Below, piece by piece: positions 40,643 to 50,513 of a stretch of DNA of 64,000 bases (its first letter is position 1; each line of letters opens with the position of its first letter). The notes beneath the pieces were generated by a model, which saw only the letters and a list, made by a program, of their open reading frames with translations, did no database searches and was not told where the DNA came from. The translations under genes were made by a program, and so were the position numbers. This stretch comes from an uncultured Sediminibacterium sp. (GTDB lineage: Bacteria; Bacteroidota; Bacteroidia; Chitinophagales; Chitinophagaceae), in the NCBI GenBank assembly GCA_964392685.1, contig CAYMQQ010000003.1, forward strand, positions 9,150-73,149, in the 5' to 3' direction.

Positions 40643-41130
40643 GCATCACGGTGTTTCATGGTAGAGGAAGCAACACCAAATCCATCAGGTAGAATGACAT
40701 CAGATACTTCTGAAACACCTACACGTATCAATGCCATATGGTGTACTGTATGTTCGAGATTATAGACTACCTCACGATAATAGTTACTATTGACCACAAC
40801 TGTCTCATTGGAAAGATCATCATAACTCATTTCTAACTGAATGACCTTGTCTTCTCGAATCAATCGGCTGCTAATTTCATGTAATAGTTGGATGGCCAAC
40901 TGTTTATCTGTTTCAATATTTTTATCTCTTTTTCTCTGCTCATAGTTCACAACGCCTCTCTCATAGCCATTTTCTAAACACTGAAACAACTCAACAATGT
41001 GTCGAACATGTTGACCAATGGTAGCATTGAATAATGCTTTACTGGGTTGTGTATATTGATCAGGATTTAATTTATCCAAAGTTTCGTGAAGCTGCACAAA
41101 AACGTTTCGGATGGCTGCGGCAATTTGCAT
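40630..41130 (-). CDS. DinB family protein
   Basis: TIGQHVRH, VNYEQRKRD, EHTVHHMALI and FGVASST motifs. Confidence 0.88.
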   Translation of the reverse strand: MQIAAAIRNVFVQLHETLDKLNPDQYTQPSKALFNATIGQHVRHIVELFQCLENGYERGVVNYEQRKRDKNIETDKQLAIQLLHEISSRLIREDKVIQLEMSYDDLSNETVVVNSNYYREVVYNLEHTVHHMALIRVGVSEVSDVILPDGFGVASSTMKHRDACAQ

Positions 41131-41280
41131 AAATAAGTTTTCGATATACTATTGATCTCGATTTGTGAAAATAATGCACTTTTTTGAAAACATAGAAAAC
41201 CAACTAAATATATCTATTCATCAACAGATCACAAGAATAGATCTGCCGATATCTATCATACTGACCTAATATGATTTCCC

Positions 41281-41697
41281 TTATAAACCATTTTTTGTAC
41301 TTTTCCCTACCATTTTTCCCAAAAATACAGGCAATTGCTGACGGTTCATTAAGATTAGGGTTACACAAGAAAGCCATACAAGACTGGCATAAATAAACAA
41401 TTGTCCCCCATCTTGTTTTATCTCTATTCCCAATATTACAATATGCGAAAGAATAGCACCAGTCATAATACCCACACCCAAAAGAGCACCAAGAACTAGC
41501 GTGGCTCTATTAAGTATGAATATGGCAGCTATTAGCTCTGCAATACCTGTGACAATTCTCCCCCAAGGTTCTATACCCATTTGAGTAAAAATAAAAACAG
41601 ATTCATCTGCAGCAGTAAACTTGAAAAATAATGTTTGTAATAAAATAATGGCAGCCAGTAATCTAAGGAGCCATGAAATAATTATAGAACGTTTCAT
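41281..41697 (-). CDS. DoxX family membrane protein
   Basis: LLQTLFFKF, EPWGR..TGIAEL, GAILSH and DGGQLF motifs. Confidence 0.88.
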   Translation of the reverse strand: MKRSIIISWLLRLLAAIILLQTLFFKFTAADESVFIFTQMGIEPWGRIVTGIAELIAAIFILNRATLVLGALLGVGIMTGAILSHIVILGIEIKQDGGQLFIYASLVWLSCVTLILMNRQQLPVFLGKMVGKSTKNGL

Positions 41698-41711
41698 TGG
41701 TAATAATAATG

Positions 41712-42173
41712 TTAGTGAATGATTTTTTGCCATGATTGATCTGCCTTTACTTTTAATCGAGATTCGTCTTTATTCCAACTTTTGAGAGTGTTATTGAAAA
41801 AACGATTATAAAAAAGATATAGCTTCTGATCAATTATTTTGAATGTTTCCGGATCGACATCTACTTTTTCACCATTTGCACCCATAGCATAAGCACACCA
41901 GCCGCCATATTGAGGTTCATAGGCTGTAGGATTTTTCTGAAAGGCTTCTAAGTTATTTTTTGATGAAAAATAATAAACAACCCCTTGATATGTATGGTTA
42001 AGTTCTTTTTTACCCTTAAGTGCTTTGTTTTGCAGAAAATATGCCACAGGGTCGTATCCCTGAATAGCAAGTTTGTTAGATAAATTATACTGCCTTGTTC
42101 GCAGATCTGTATTCTGAGCAATACTAGAAACAGAAAAGATTAAAAGTGCCCCAAAAAGTGATAGCCATTTCAT
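41712..42173 (-). CDS. Secreted YHS-domain protein
   Basis: AIQGYDPVAYF, YYFSS and PQYGGWCAYAM motifs; signal peptide. Confidence 0.9.
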   Translation of the reverse strand: MKWLSLFGALLIFSVSSIAQNTDLRTRQYNLSNKLAIQGYDPVAYFLQNKALKGKKELNHTYQGVVYYFSSKNNLEAFQKNPTAYEPQYGGWCAYAMGANGEKVDVDPETFKIIDQKLYLFYNRFFNNTLKSWNKDESRLKVKADQSWQKIIH

Positions 42174-42205
42174 ATATATAAGACTGATTTTTAGCAGTCT
42201 TATAC

Positions 42206-42234
42206 TTAGACGCAGGTTAAGATAAACCCTTACA
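42206..42234 (-). promoter_or_regulatory. Putative ECF-sigma promoter
   Basis: Minus strand TGTAAG-N16-CGTCTAA, about 30 bp upstream of the YHS ATG. Confidence 0.5.
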
Positions 42235-42375
42235 ATCGATAAAATCAAAATTATTGATTGAGTAGCAATAGATAAGAAAAGCTGATTTTAATGGCAATTA
42301 AAGGTCTTAATAATGTACTTGATCATCTAAATAATTAATTTTAAATTCAATATTTAAATTCCACCCATCAACCTA

Positions 42376-44376
42376 ATGAAGCAAGCCAGAATAATACCTT
42401 TTATTAAATACGCTTCATTTTTTGTGTTTTTGTTGGGTATGCTGGTACTATTGGGATGGATCTTCTCAATACCAACTTTGACAAGTATTATTCCAGAATA
42501 TGCAAATATGAAGGCCAATACTTCGATTCTTTTCATTTTATCTTCTATTGAATTATACAGAATAATATCTAAAAAATGGGACTTTTTTAATGGAATACTT
42601 TGCCTTTTTATAACATTAGTTGGTTTAGCAACTTTAATCCAATATGAGTTTCAAATAAACTTTTTCATTGACGAATTCTTCGTCAAAGATTTTTTATACA
42701 ATCAATCTATTGATTCCTCTCCCGGAAGAATGGCTAGAGGTACTGCTTTATCTTTTTGTTTATTAGGAACTTCTTTTTATTTAATCAAGAGTACGCAAGA
42801 ACGATCGAAAAAAATTGCCCAATATTTATTACATATCATCTCTCTTATTTCATTTCTGGCAATCATTGGTTATTTACTGGGAGTACCTATTTTTTATAAA
42901 TTATCCGCTATTGGGTCAATGGCCATACACACGGCTTCAGCTTTTTTAACATTGTCAATTGCTGCTTCACTTTTAAATAGCAATCTGGGTATCACCGGTT
43001 TGTTAACCGGTGATAAAATTGGGAATAGAATGGCGCGTCAGCTATTTCCGACATTAACCTTATCTGTGATTTTTCTAGGCTTTATTAGAGTTTATTTACA
43101 TCGTTCTAATTTAGTAAGTGTAGAATTTGGGATTGGAATGTTTGCTACCTCATTTATATTGATTGGCCTCTTATTGATCAGTATTTCTGCACGACAGCTC
43201 AACAAAATCAATTATGGAAAAACACAGGCAGAGGAAAAACTTGAAGCATTAAATAAAAATCTAGAGCGTACTATTCTTCAGAGAACAAATGAATTACGAA
43301 ACAAAGAACAACTATTAAACGCAATCATTAATAATACTTCTTCAGCCATCTTTGTAAAAGATACATCCGGTAAATATATTTTGGTCAATAAAAAATTTGC
43401 TGCTGACTTTGGGCTCGAGCCTGAATCAATGATTGGTAAAAATGCTTATGATATTTTTTCAAAAGAGACCGCTGATCAATTAACTCAGGATGAAAATCAA
43501 ATTATTCAATCTGCAACGGGACTGACAAACGAAGTAAATGTTCAAACCAATGAAAGTCAGAAAACAATGCTTACGAATAAATTTCCATTGATTGATGAAA
43601 ATAATAATGTATTCGCTATTTGCTGCGTAGCAACAGATTTCACGGAAATAAAAAATGCTAAAACAGAGCAAGAGATCTTATCCCTACAGTTACAAAAGAA
43701 AAATCAGCAATTATTAAACTTTGCACATATCACATCACATAATTTGCGCTCTCCCGTTAGTAACCTCAATTCATTGTTATGGTTATATAAAGAAAGCCAA
43801 ACCAATGAAGAGAAAGCGCTCTTATTTGAAAAATTTGAAACCGTTATTCATAATCTTTCTGAAACACTAAATGAACTCGTTGATGCATTAAAAATTCAAG
43901 AAGACACGGATAAAAAAAGAGAAGTGCTTCTTTTCGAGGAAGTATTCAAAAAAGTAAAAGAAAGTATGGCAGGTAAGATATTAGAAACCGAAGCCGTTGT
44001 AAGCTATAATTTTACCAAAGCACCTACTATTGAATATCCAAGACTGTATCTGGAAAGTATTTTACAAAACCTGTTATCAAATTCACTAAAATACAAATCG
44101 CCCAACAGAACACCTGTTATACATGCGGAAACAGTGTTTCAAAATGGCATACTCACCCTCAAATTCAGCGATAATGGTATGGGTATAGATCTTAAAAGAC
44201 ATGCCGATAAATTATTCGGACTCAACAAAACTTTTCATAAGCATGCAGAAGCCAAGGGTGTTGGACTCTTTATTACCAAGACACAAGTTGAAGCCATGGG
44301 CGGATCTATTACAGCGAATAGTGAAGTGAATAAGGGTAGTGTTTTTACAATCTTCTTTAATAAGAAAGACGCATAA
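42376..44376 (+). CDS. Membrane PAS-domain sensor histidine kinase
   Basis: Multiple N-terminal TM helices; PAS AIFVKDTSGKYILVN; H-box SHNLRSP; NLLSNSLKY, DNGMGID and GVGL motifs. Confidence 0.92.
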   Translation: MKQARIIPFIKYASFFVFLLGMLVLLGWIFSIPTLTSIIPEYANMKANTSILFILSSIELYRIISKKWDFFNGILCLFITLVGLATLIQYEFQINFFIDEFFVKDFLYNQSIDSSPGRMARGTALSFCLLGTSFYLIKSTQERSKKIAQYLLHIISLISFLAIIGYLLGVPIFYKLSAIGSMAIHTASAFLTLSIAASLLNSNLGITGLLTGDKIGNRMARQLFPTLTLSVIFLGFIRVYLHRSNLVSVEFGIGMFATSFILIGLLLISISARQLNKINYGKTQAEEKLEALNKNLERTILQRTNELRNKEQLLNAIINNTSSAIFVKDTSGKYILVNKKFAADFGLEPESMIGKNAYDIFSKETADQLTQDENQIIQSATGLTNEVNVQTNESQKTMLTNKFPLIDENNNVFAICCVATDFTEIKNAKTEQEILSLQLQKKNQQLLNFAHITSHNLRSPVSNLNSLLWLYKESQTNEEKALLFEKFETVIHNLSETLNELVDALKIQEDTDKKREVLLFEEVFKKVKESMAGKILETEAVVSYNFTKAPTIEYPRLYLESILQNLLSNSLKYKSPNRTPVIHAETVFQNGILTLKFSDNGMGIDLKRHADKLFGLNKTFHKHAEAKGVGLFITKTQVEAMGGSITANSEVNKGSVFTIFFNKKDA

Positions 44377-44379
44377 TCA

Positions 44380-45669
44380 TTATTTACTTCGATACCGGAT
44401 CCACTCTTTAAAACTTTCATAAGAAGCTCCCATGTCAATCATTTGCTGAGCCAATGTATACAATGGTTTGATGGATTCCGGTATTGGAATTGATATAACA
44501 ATTGCTTTTTCTACAATCTCCGGGAACTTTACCGGATGGGCAGTAGCTAATAGCAACCCTTTTCCTCCTTTTTTAAGTTTTTGTTTTAAGACACTATAAC
44601 CAACTGCGGCATGTGGGTCTAGAATGTACTTGCTATTTTTATACACTGATTCTATCGTATGAATGGTTGTATCATCAGTTTGCTTACTACTACTCAACTG
44701 TGATTTAACTAAGCTGAGATTATGCTGATATATTTCTAAGATTCGAATCAGGTTACTTGGATTTCCTACATCCATGGCATTAGAATAGGTCATGACTGAT
44801 TGCTTAGGCGTGTGGACTCCTGTTTCTAAAAAATCAGTGATGCTGTCATTGATATTACATGCTGCTATAAAATTACCCATCTCTAATCCAGATCTTTTTG
44901 CTAATAAGCCTGCCGCTATATTACCTAAGTTACCGCTAGGTACTGCAATAATGGGAGCTTTTTGTGACGCCGGCCATTGTTGCATCGCCAAAAAATAATA
45001 TAGCTGTTGCGGTAGCCATCGAGCAATATTAATAGAATTGGCAGAAGTAAGTTGCAAGCATTCTCTCAACTGTTGATCCATAAATGCTTCCTTCACTAAT
45101 TGCTGGCAGTCATCAAAAGTTCCATTAATACGCACTGCGGTAATATTATTACCACAAGTGGTCAGTTGCAACTCTTGCACAGGACTTACTTTACCTGCGG
45201 GATACAGGATAATTACTTCTACACCTTCCACATTCAAAAAACCATTGGCTACAGCCCCACCTGTATCTCCGGAAGTGGCTACCAAAACAGTAGTCTTATT
45301 TTGCGAGAAATAGCCTAAGCACCGACTCATGAACCTTGCTCCAACATCTTTAAATGCGAGTGTTGGACCATGAAACAATTCCAATACATAGATATCTTCT
45401 TCCAGTTGAATCAAAGGGATATCAAAATCGATGGTTTCTGTCACAATCTGATACAATTGCTCTGCTGAAATATCTCCACCCACATAAGGTTGCATAATTT
45501 GATAGGCAAGCTCTATTTTAGGAATAGATCGAATATTATTCAATAATTGTTGATTTATTGAAGGAATTCTTTCAGGAAAATAAAGCCCCTTATCAGGCGC
45601 TTGTCCTCTCAATGCAGCTTCTTTAAAACTGACTACCGGTGATTGTCTATTGGTACTATAATATTTCAT
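44380..45669 (-). CDS. thrC: Threonine synthase
   Basis: ELFHGPTLAFKDVGARF, ATSGDTG, SANSIN and VPSGN motifs. Confidence 0.96.
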   Translation of the reverse strand: MKYYSTNRQSPVVSFKEAALRGQAPDKGLYFPERIPSINQQLLNNIRSIPKIELAYQIMQPYVGGDISAEQLYQIVTETIDFDIPLIQLEEDIYVLELFHGPTLAFKDVGARFMSRCLGYFSQNKTTVLVATSGDTGGAVANGFLNVEGVEVIILYPAGKVSPVQELQLTTCGNNITAVRINGTFDDCQQLVKEAFMDQQLRECLQLTSANSINIARWLPQQLYYFLAMQQWPASQKAPIIAVPSGNLGNIAAGLLAKRSGLEMGNFIAACNINDSITDFLETGVHTPKQSVMTYSNAMDVGNPSNLIRILEIYQHNLSLVKSQLSSSKQTDDTTIHTIESVYKNSKYILDPHAAVGYSVLKQKLKKGGKGLLLATAHPVKFPEIVEKAIVISIPIPESIKPLYTLAQQMIDMGASYESFKEWIRYRSK

Positions 45670-45678
45670 GGTTGATGG

Positions 45679-46611
45679 TTATTCGGAAAACAACTGTACC
45701 CCTTTTGAACTAACAGTAGTAACATAGGTATAGTGTAGCAAATTCATTTGCTGAAATACTGTTTTCATTTGCGTCTCCACTAATTGAGCAGTTTCCAGAC
45801 TGCGACTCAGCATAAAAACAGAAGGACCCGAACCTGAAATACCACCACCTAATGCTCCAACTGATTTCGACCGTTCTTTTATTTCGTCAAACCCGGGAAT
45901 AAGAATACTTCTTACAGGTTCTATGATCACATCTTCTAGTGATCTTCCAATCAATGCATAATCACTCTGTAACAATCCGGATACCAATCCGGCGATATTT
46001 CCCCACTGTTTAATGGCATCTTTCAAATAGACTTGCTTTTTTAAAATACTTCGTGCATCAGCTGTTTTTACTTCTATCTGCGGGTGTACAATGGTGACAA
46101 ATAATGGAGGTGGTTGTAGTGGAATGATATCTAATGGAAAAATAGATCTGATCAATGTAATACCACCATAAATACATGGCGTGATATTATCCGCATGTTT
46201 TACGCCTGATGCTAATTTTTCACCATGCATCGCAAACTGAACCAAGGATTCTTTATTGAATACATCTCCTAATAAATAATTGGCTGCTACTACTGCCCCG
46301 GCAGCACTTGCAGCACTTGAACCCAATCCACTTCCCGGTTTGATATGTTTATGAATAATTACATCAAACCCAACAGGCATGGTAAGCTCAGACAACATAG
46401 CCTGTAATGCTACGCCTGCAACATTATCATTGGGTTTAGTTGGCAATCCATGATCATCTGTATGAACGATGGAAATACCCGGCTCTTCTTTTAAAGTGAT
46501 CGTCATTTCATCATATGGCTCTTCAACTGCAAATCCCAGTATATCAAAACCACAAACCATATTCGCAATGGTAGCCGGTGATTTTATTTTTATTGATTGT
46601 CCGTATTTCAT
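45679..46611 (-). CDS. thrB: Homoserine kinase
   Basis: PATIAN..CGFD, GSGLGSSAAS, HADN and ISGSGPS motifs. Confidence 0.96.
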   Translation of the reverse strand: MKYGQSIKIKSPATIANMVCGFDILGFAVEEPYDEMTITLKEEPGISIVHTDDHGLPTKPNDNVAGVALQAMLSELTMPVGFDVIIHKHIKPGSGLGSSAASAAGAVVAANYLLGDVFNKESLVQFAMHGEKLASGVKHADNITPCIYGGITLIRSIFPLDIIPLQPPPLFVTIVHPQIEVKTADARSILKKQVYLKDAIKQWGNIAGLVSGLLQSDYALIGRSLEDVIIEPVRSILIPGFDEIKERSKSVGALGGGISGSGPSVFMLSRSLETAQLVETQMKTVFQQMNLLHYTYVTTVSSKGVQLFSE

Positions 46612-46614
46612 AGT

Positions 46615-49059
46615 TTATATTCTTGCTACACGAATAATATCTGCGAAAACACCGGATGCTGTTACCTCAGCGCCTGCGCCGGCTCCTTTTATGACCAAGG
46701 GTTGTTGATGATATCGATGCGTATGAAATAATACGAGATTGTCTTTGCCGTATAAATGATAGAAATCAGATTCCGGCGCAACTACTTCTAGTCCAACTTT
46801 TGCTGTTCCATTTTCATAAGTAGCGATGAATTTCAGTTTACCATTTTGTGTTGCCGCCTCTTTATACAATTGTTGGAAATGAGCTTCCTGCTTGGCTAAC
46901 TCTTCGTAAAAATCATCTACAGTTCCATCGAAACAACCGGAAGGAAGAAAAGAAGTATTGATAATATCCTGCATCTCCAATGGCTGACCTGTTTCTCTGG
47001 CCAGTATCATTATTTTACGCATCACATCTGTACCACCCAAATCAAGTCGCGGATCCGGCTCAGTATATCCTTCTGTTTGGGCTTTTCTAACTACTTCTGC
47101 AAAAGGTATCGAAGTATCATAATGATTGAACACATAATTCAAAGTACCTGATAGTACTGCTTGTATTTTTTGGATCTGATCCCCACTTCTTAAAAGATCA
47201 TTCAAAGTGCCAATGACCGGGAGTCCTGCTCCCACATTGGTTTCAAAAAGAAATAGAGCATTATACGATTTAGCCAAAGATTTCAATCTTTGATAAGAAG
47301 AATAGGAAGATGAGCAAGCAATTTTATTGCAAGCGACAATGGATATACTTTTTGTTAAGAGAGATTCATAAACACCAGCCACAAGATCACTTGCAGTAAC
47401 ATCTACAAACACACTATTTCTTAAGTTTTTATCTTTAATCGCAGTAACATAATTTTCGATTGAACCGAATGCTGCATCTGCTAATTTCAACTGCCAAGTA
47501 TCTAGATCAATTCCATTTTCATCAATCAATGCTTTTTTACTGTTAGCAATACCTATAACCCTGATCTGCAAATTCAGTTGATCGCGAAGAACGGTCTGTT
47601 GTTGTCTAATTTGTTCCAATAATTTACCCCCTACATTTCCCGCACCCGCAACGAATATATTCAGCTGTTTATAGGTCGTTTCAAAAAAAGTTTCATGTAA
47701 TACATTGATCGCTTTTTTTACATCCCTTGATGCTATAACAGCTGAAATATTTTTTTCTGATGAACCTTGTGCAATCGCCCGAACATTAATACCATTACGT
47801 CCTAATGAACCAAACATTTTTCCACTGATCCCCGGATGACTTTTCATCTGCTCACCCACCAATGCTAAAATTGACAGATTTGTTTCTACAATAAGCGGCT
47901 CTACTTTTCCGGTTATAATTTCAATATGAAATGCAGCATCAATGGCTCTTTTTGCCTTCAACGTATCTGATTCATTAATAGCTACACAAATAGAGTGTTC
48001 CGATGAACTTTGTGTTATCAATATCACATTGATCCTTTCATTGGCCAATGCTTCAAACAGTCTCTTAGAAAAACCGGGAATACCTACCATACCACTCCCT
48101 TCCAAACTCAATAAACTGATACTATTAATACTGGATATACCTCTAATAAAATCTTCGGAAGGAGCTGAATAGTTTTCAATCAACGTTCCATGCTCTTCAG
48201 GGGCGAAGGTATTTTTTAACCATACCGGTATTCGCTTATGCATCACAGGTTGTATTGTTGGCGGATAAATGATTTTAGCACCAAAATGAGAAAGCTCCAT
48301 AGCTTCATGGTAAGAAATCTGTGCAATAGGTTTTGCATTGATGACCAATCTTGGATCTGCAGTCATCATGCCACTAACATCTGTCCATATTTCCAACACT
48401 TCAGCATCTAACGCTGCAGCATAGATGGCAGCAGAATAATCAGACCCACCTCTCCCCAATGTTGTGGTATGTCCAGCCAAACTGGATGCAATAAATCCGG
48501 GAGCGATGTAATATTTGTAGTCATGGCTTTTAAAATAGCTCTGTATCTTTTCATTAGTAGCTGAAAAATCTACAGCCGCATTACTGTGCTGCGTATCTGT
48601 AATAATCAATGATCGCGAATCTATCCATTGCTGATTCATTTGCAATGATTGAATTTTTGCAGACAGTATAACCGATGAAAGTATCTCTCCGAAAGCAACA
48701 ATTTTGTCTTGTGTACGAGGTGATAATTCTTTGAGCCGGTACACTCCATCTAGTAATTCATCCAATTCATTACAATACTGTTTGACCTTACTCAGTACTG
48801 AACTTTGTTGTTCTAATGGTAAAAGTTCTCTCACTACTGTAAGATGTTGAAGTGCTAATAACTCTGCTTCTTTTGTATAGGACTCATCAGCACTGGCTGC
48901 CATTACAGCCATTTTGAGCAAATGATCTGTAACACCGCTCATGGCTGAAACCACAACAAGTAATCTATCTGAAGTAGACTGATTCAATAAAACGGATACG
49001 ACTTTTTGAATATGATCGGAATTGGCCATTGATGTACCACCGAATTTGAGCACTTTCAT
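46615..49059 (-). CDS. thrA: Bifunctional aspartokinase/homoserine dehydrogenase I
   Basis: KFGGTS, LGRGGSDY, ACT domains, GAGNVG and ETNVGAGLP motifs. Confidence 0.96.
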   Translation of the reverse strand: MKVLKFGGTSMANSDHIQKVVSVLLNQSTSDRLLVVVSAMSGVTDHLLKMAVMAASADESYTKEAELLALQHLTVVRELLPLEQQSSVLSKVKQYCNELDELLDGVYRLKELSPRTQDKIVAFGEILSSVILSAKIQSLQMNQQWIDSRSLIITDTQHSNAAVDFSATNEKIQSYFKSHDYKYYIAPGFIASSLAGHTTTLGRGGSDYSAAIYAAALDAEVLEIWTDVSGMMTADPRLVINAKPIAQISYHEAMELSHFGAKIIYPPTIQPVMHKRIPVWLKNTFAPEEHGTLIENYSAPSEDFIRGISSINSISLLSLEGSGMVGIPGFSKRLFEALANERINVILITQSSSEHSICVAINESDTLKAKRAIDAAFHIEIITGKVEPLIVETNLSILALVGEQMKSHPGISGKMFGSLGRNGINVRAIAQGSSEKNISAVIASRDVKKAINVLHETFFETTYKQLNIFVAGAGNVGGKLLEQIRQQQTVLRDQLNLQIRVIGIANSKKALIDENGIDLDTWQLKLADAAFGSIENYVTAIKDKNLRNSVFVDVTASDLVAGVYESLLTKSISIVACNKIACSSSYSSYQRLKSLAKSYNALFLFETNVGAGLPVIGTLNDLLRSGDQIQKIQAVLSGTLNYVFNHYDTSIPFAEVVRKAQTEGYTEPDPRLDLGGTDVMRKIMILARETGQPLEMQDIINTSFLPSGCFDGTVDDFYEELAKQEAHFQQLYKEAATQNGKLKFIATYENGTAKVGLEVVAPESDFYHLYGKDNLVLFHTHRYHQQPLVIKGAGAGAEVTASGVFADIIRVARI

Positions 49060-49143
49060 AATAATAATTTGAAATAGAATGAAGAAAGGATGATCCCTGA
49101 AAACGATCCTAAGATCCTTGGATAATATAAAATGTATAACCCC

Positions 49144-49224
49144 TTACAGGGTCGTAGTAGTAATAGCAGTACCTGTCGCTGTGGAAGCGAAAGAGGAGGA
49201 AATATATAACTGCTTTTGATTCAT
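49144..49224 (-). CDS. thr operon leader peptide MNQKQLYISSSFASTATGTAITTTTL
   Basis: 26-aa ORF with 7 Thr (4 in tandem) ending 84 bp upstream of thrA; absent from the ORF track. Confidence 0.85.
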   Translation of the reverse strand: MNQKQLYISSSFASTATGTAITTTTL

Positions 49225-49255
49225 TACAGAATAAAGATAAGGACTTATTAGATTA

Positions 49256-50503
49256 TTAAACCAAATAACCAAAAAGATTATCGTTCTTATTGAGTTCCGT
49301 ATAATTTATTTGATGAGCAATCAGGTTATCAACTAACAGCTGATAGTCTTTTCTTGATTTCAATTCAATACCTACCAATGCCGGGCCTGTTTCTTTATTA
49401 TGTTTTTGCATGTATTCAAAGCGGGTAATATCATCATTTGGACCTAATACATCATTGACAAACTGTTTTAATGCGCCGGGTCTTTGTGCAAAACGGATCA
49501 GGAAATAATGTTTTAATCCTTCATGCTGCAATGATCTTTCCTTGATCTCTTGCATCCTATCAATATCATTATTGCTACCACTCACTACACATACCACTAC
49601 TTTTCCTTTGATCTGTTCTGCATAATCGTCTAAGGCAGCTACCGATAATGCTCCGGCAGGTTCTACCACAATCGCATCTTCATTGTATAATTTGAGGATA
49701 CAAGAACAGATTTTCCCTTCCGGAACCAGACATACATCATCCAATACATCTTTACAAATAGCAAAATTGAGTTCGCCTACTTTCTTTACGGCAGCTCCAT
49801 CCACAAACCGCTCTATTGCTTCTAGTTCAACAGGCATACCGGCTTTCAAAGCTGCTGTCATAGAAGGTGCTCCTTCCGGTTCAGCCCCGATAATTTTTGT
49901 ATGGGGAGACATGGTTTTAAAGACAGAACCGACTCCTGCACTCAATCCACCACCACCAATTGGTACAAACAAGTAATCAATATTACTTTGCTCTTCAAGT
50001 ATTTCCACGGCTACAGTAGATTGTCCTTCTATAATCTTCAGATCATCGAAGGGTGGAATAAACGTCATTCCGTTTGCTGCTGTATATGCTTTGGCAGCCA
50101 TCGCACAATCATCAAAAGTATCTCCGGTAAGAATGACTTCAATTGCATCTGAACCAAACATTTTAGTTTGGGTAATTTTTTGATTCGGCGTGATCACCGG
50201 CATGAAAACAACTCCACGAATTCCTAGTTTTTTACAACTGTATGCAAAGCCTTGCGCATGATTACCCGCACTGGCACACACGACCCCTTTCGATAATTGA
50301 ATAGGGTCTAAGCTACTCATCATGTTATAAGCACCTCTCAACTTATAGGAACGAACGATTTGTAAGTCTTCTCTTTTCAGATACACATCACAATCATACT
50401 TTCTAGATAGGGAATGATTATAAGTAAGCGGTGTTTTAACTACTATTTCTCGCAAACGATTAGCCGCTGCATTAAAATCTATCGAATAGCTCATTGTTTT
50501 CAT
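49256..50503 (-). CDS. ilvA: Threonine ammonia-lyase
   Basis: KREDLQIVRSYKLRGA, SAGNHAQG and IGGGGL motifs. Confidence 0.96.
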   Translation of the reverse strand: MKTMSYSIDFNAAANRLREIVVKTPLTYNHSLSRKYDCDVYLKREDLQIVRSYKLRGAYNMMSSLDPIQLSKGVVCASAGNHAQGFAYSCKKLGIRGVVFMPVITPNQKITQTKMFGSDAIEVILTGDTFDDCAMAAKAYTAANGMTFIPPFDDLKIIEGQSTVAVEILEEQSNIDYLFVPIGGGGLSAGVGSVFKTMSPHTKIIGAEPEGAPSMTAALKAGMPVELEAIERFVDGAAVKKVGELNFAICKDVLDDVCLVPEGKICSCILKLYNEDAIVVEPAGALSVAALDDYAEQIKGKVVVCVVSGSNNDIDRMQEIKERSLQHEGLKHYFLIRFAQRPGALKQFVNDVLGPNDDITRFEYMQKHNKETGPALVGIELKSRKDYQLLVDNLIAHQINYTELNKNDNLFGYLV

Positions 50504-50513
50504 GCCGATACCT

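Noticed and set aside
41712..42173. YHS protein as a selenoprotein
   Set aside because: The GGWCAY position is a Cys codon and there is no in-frame TGA.
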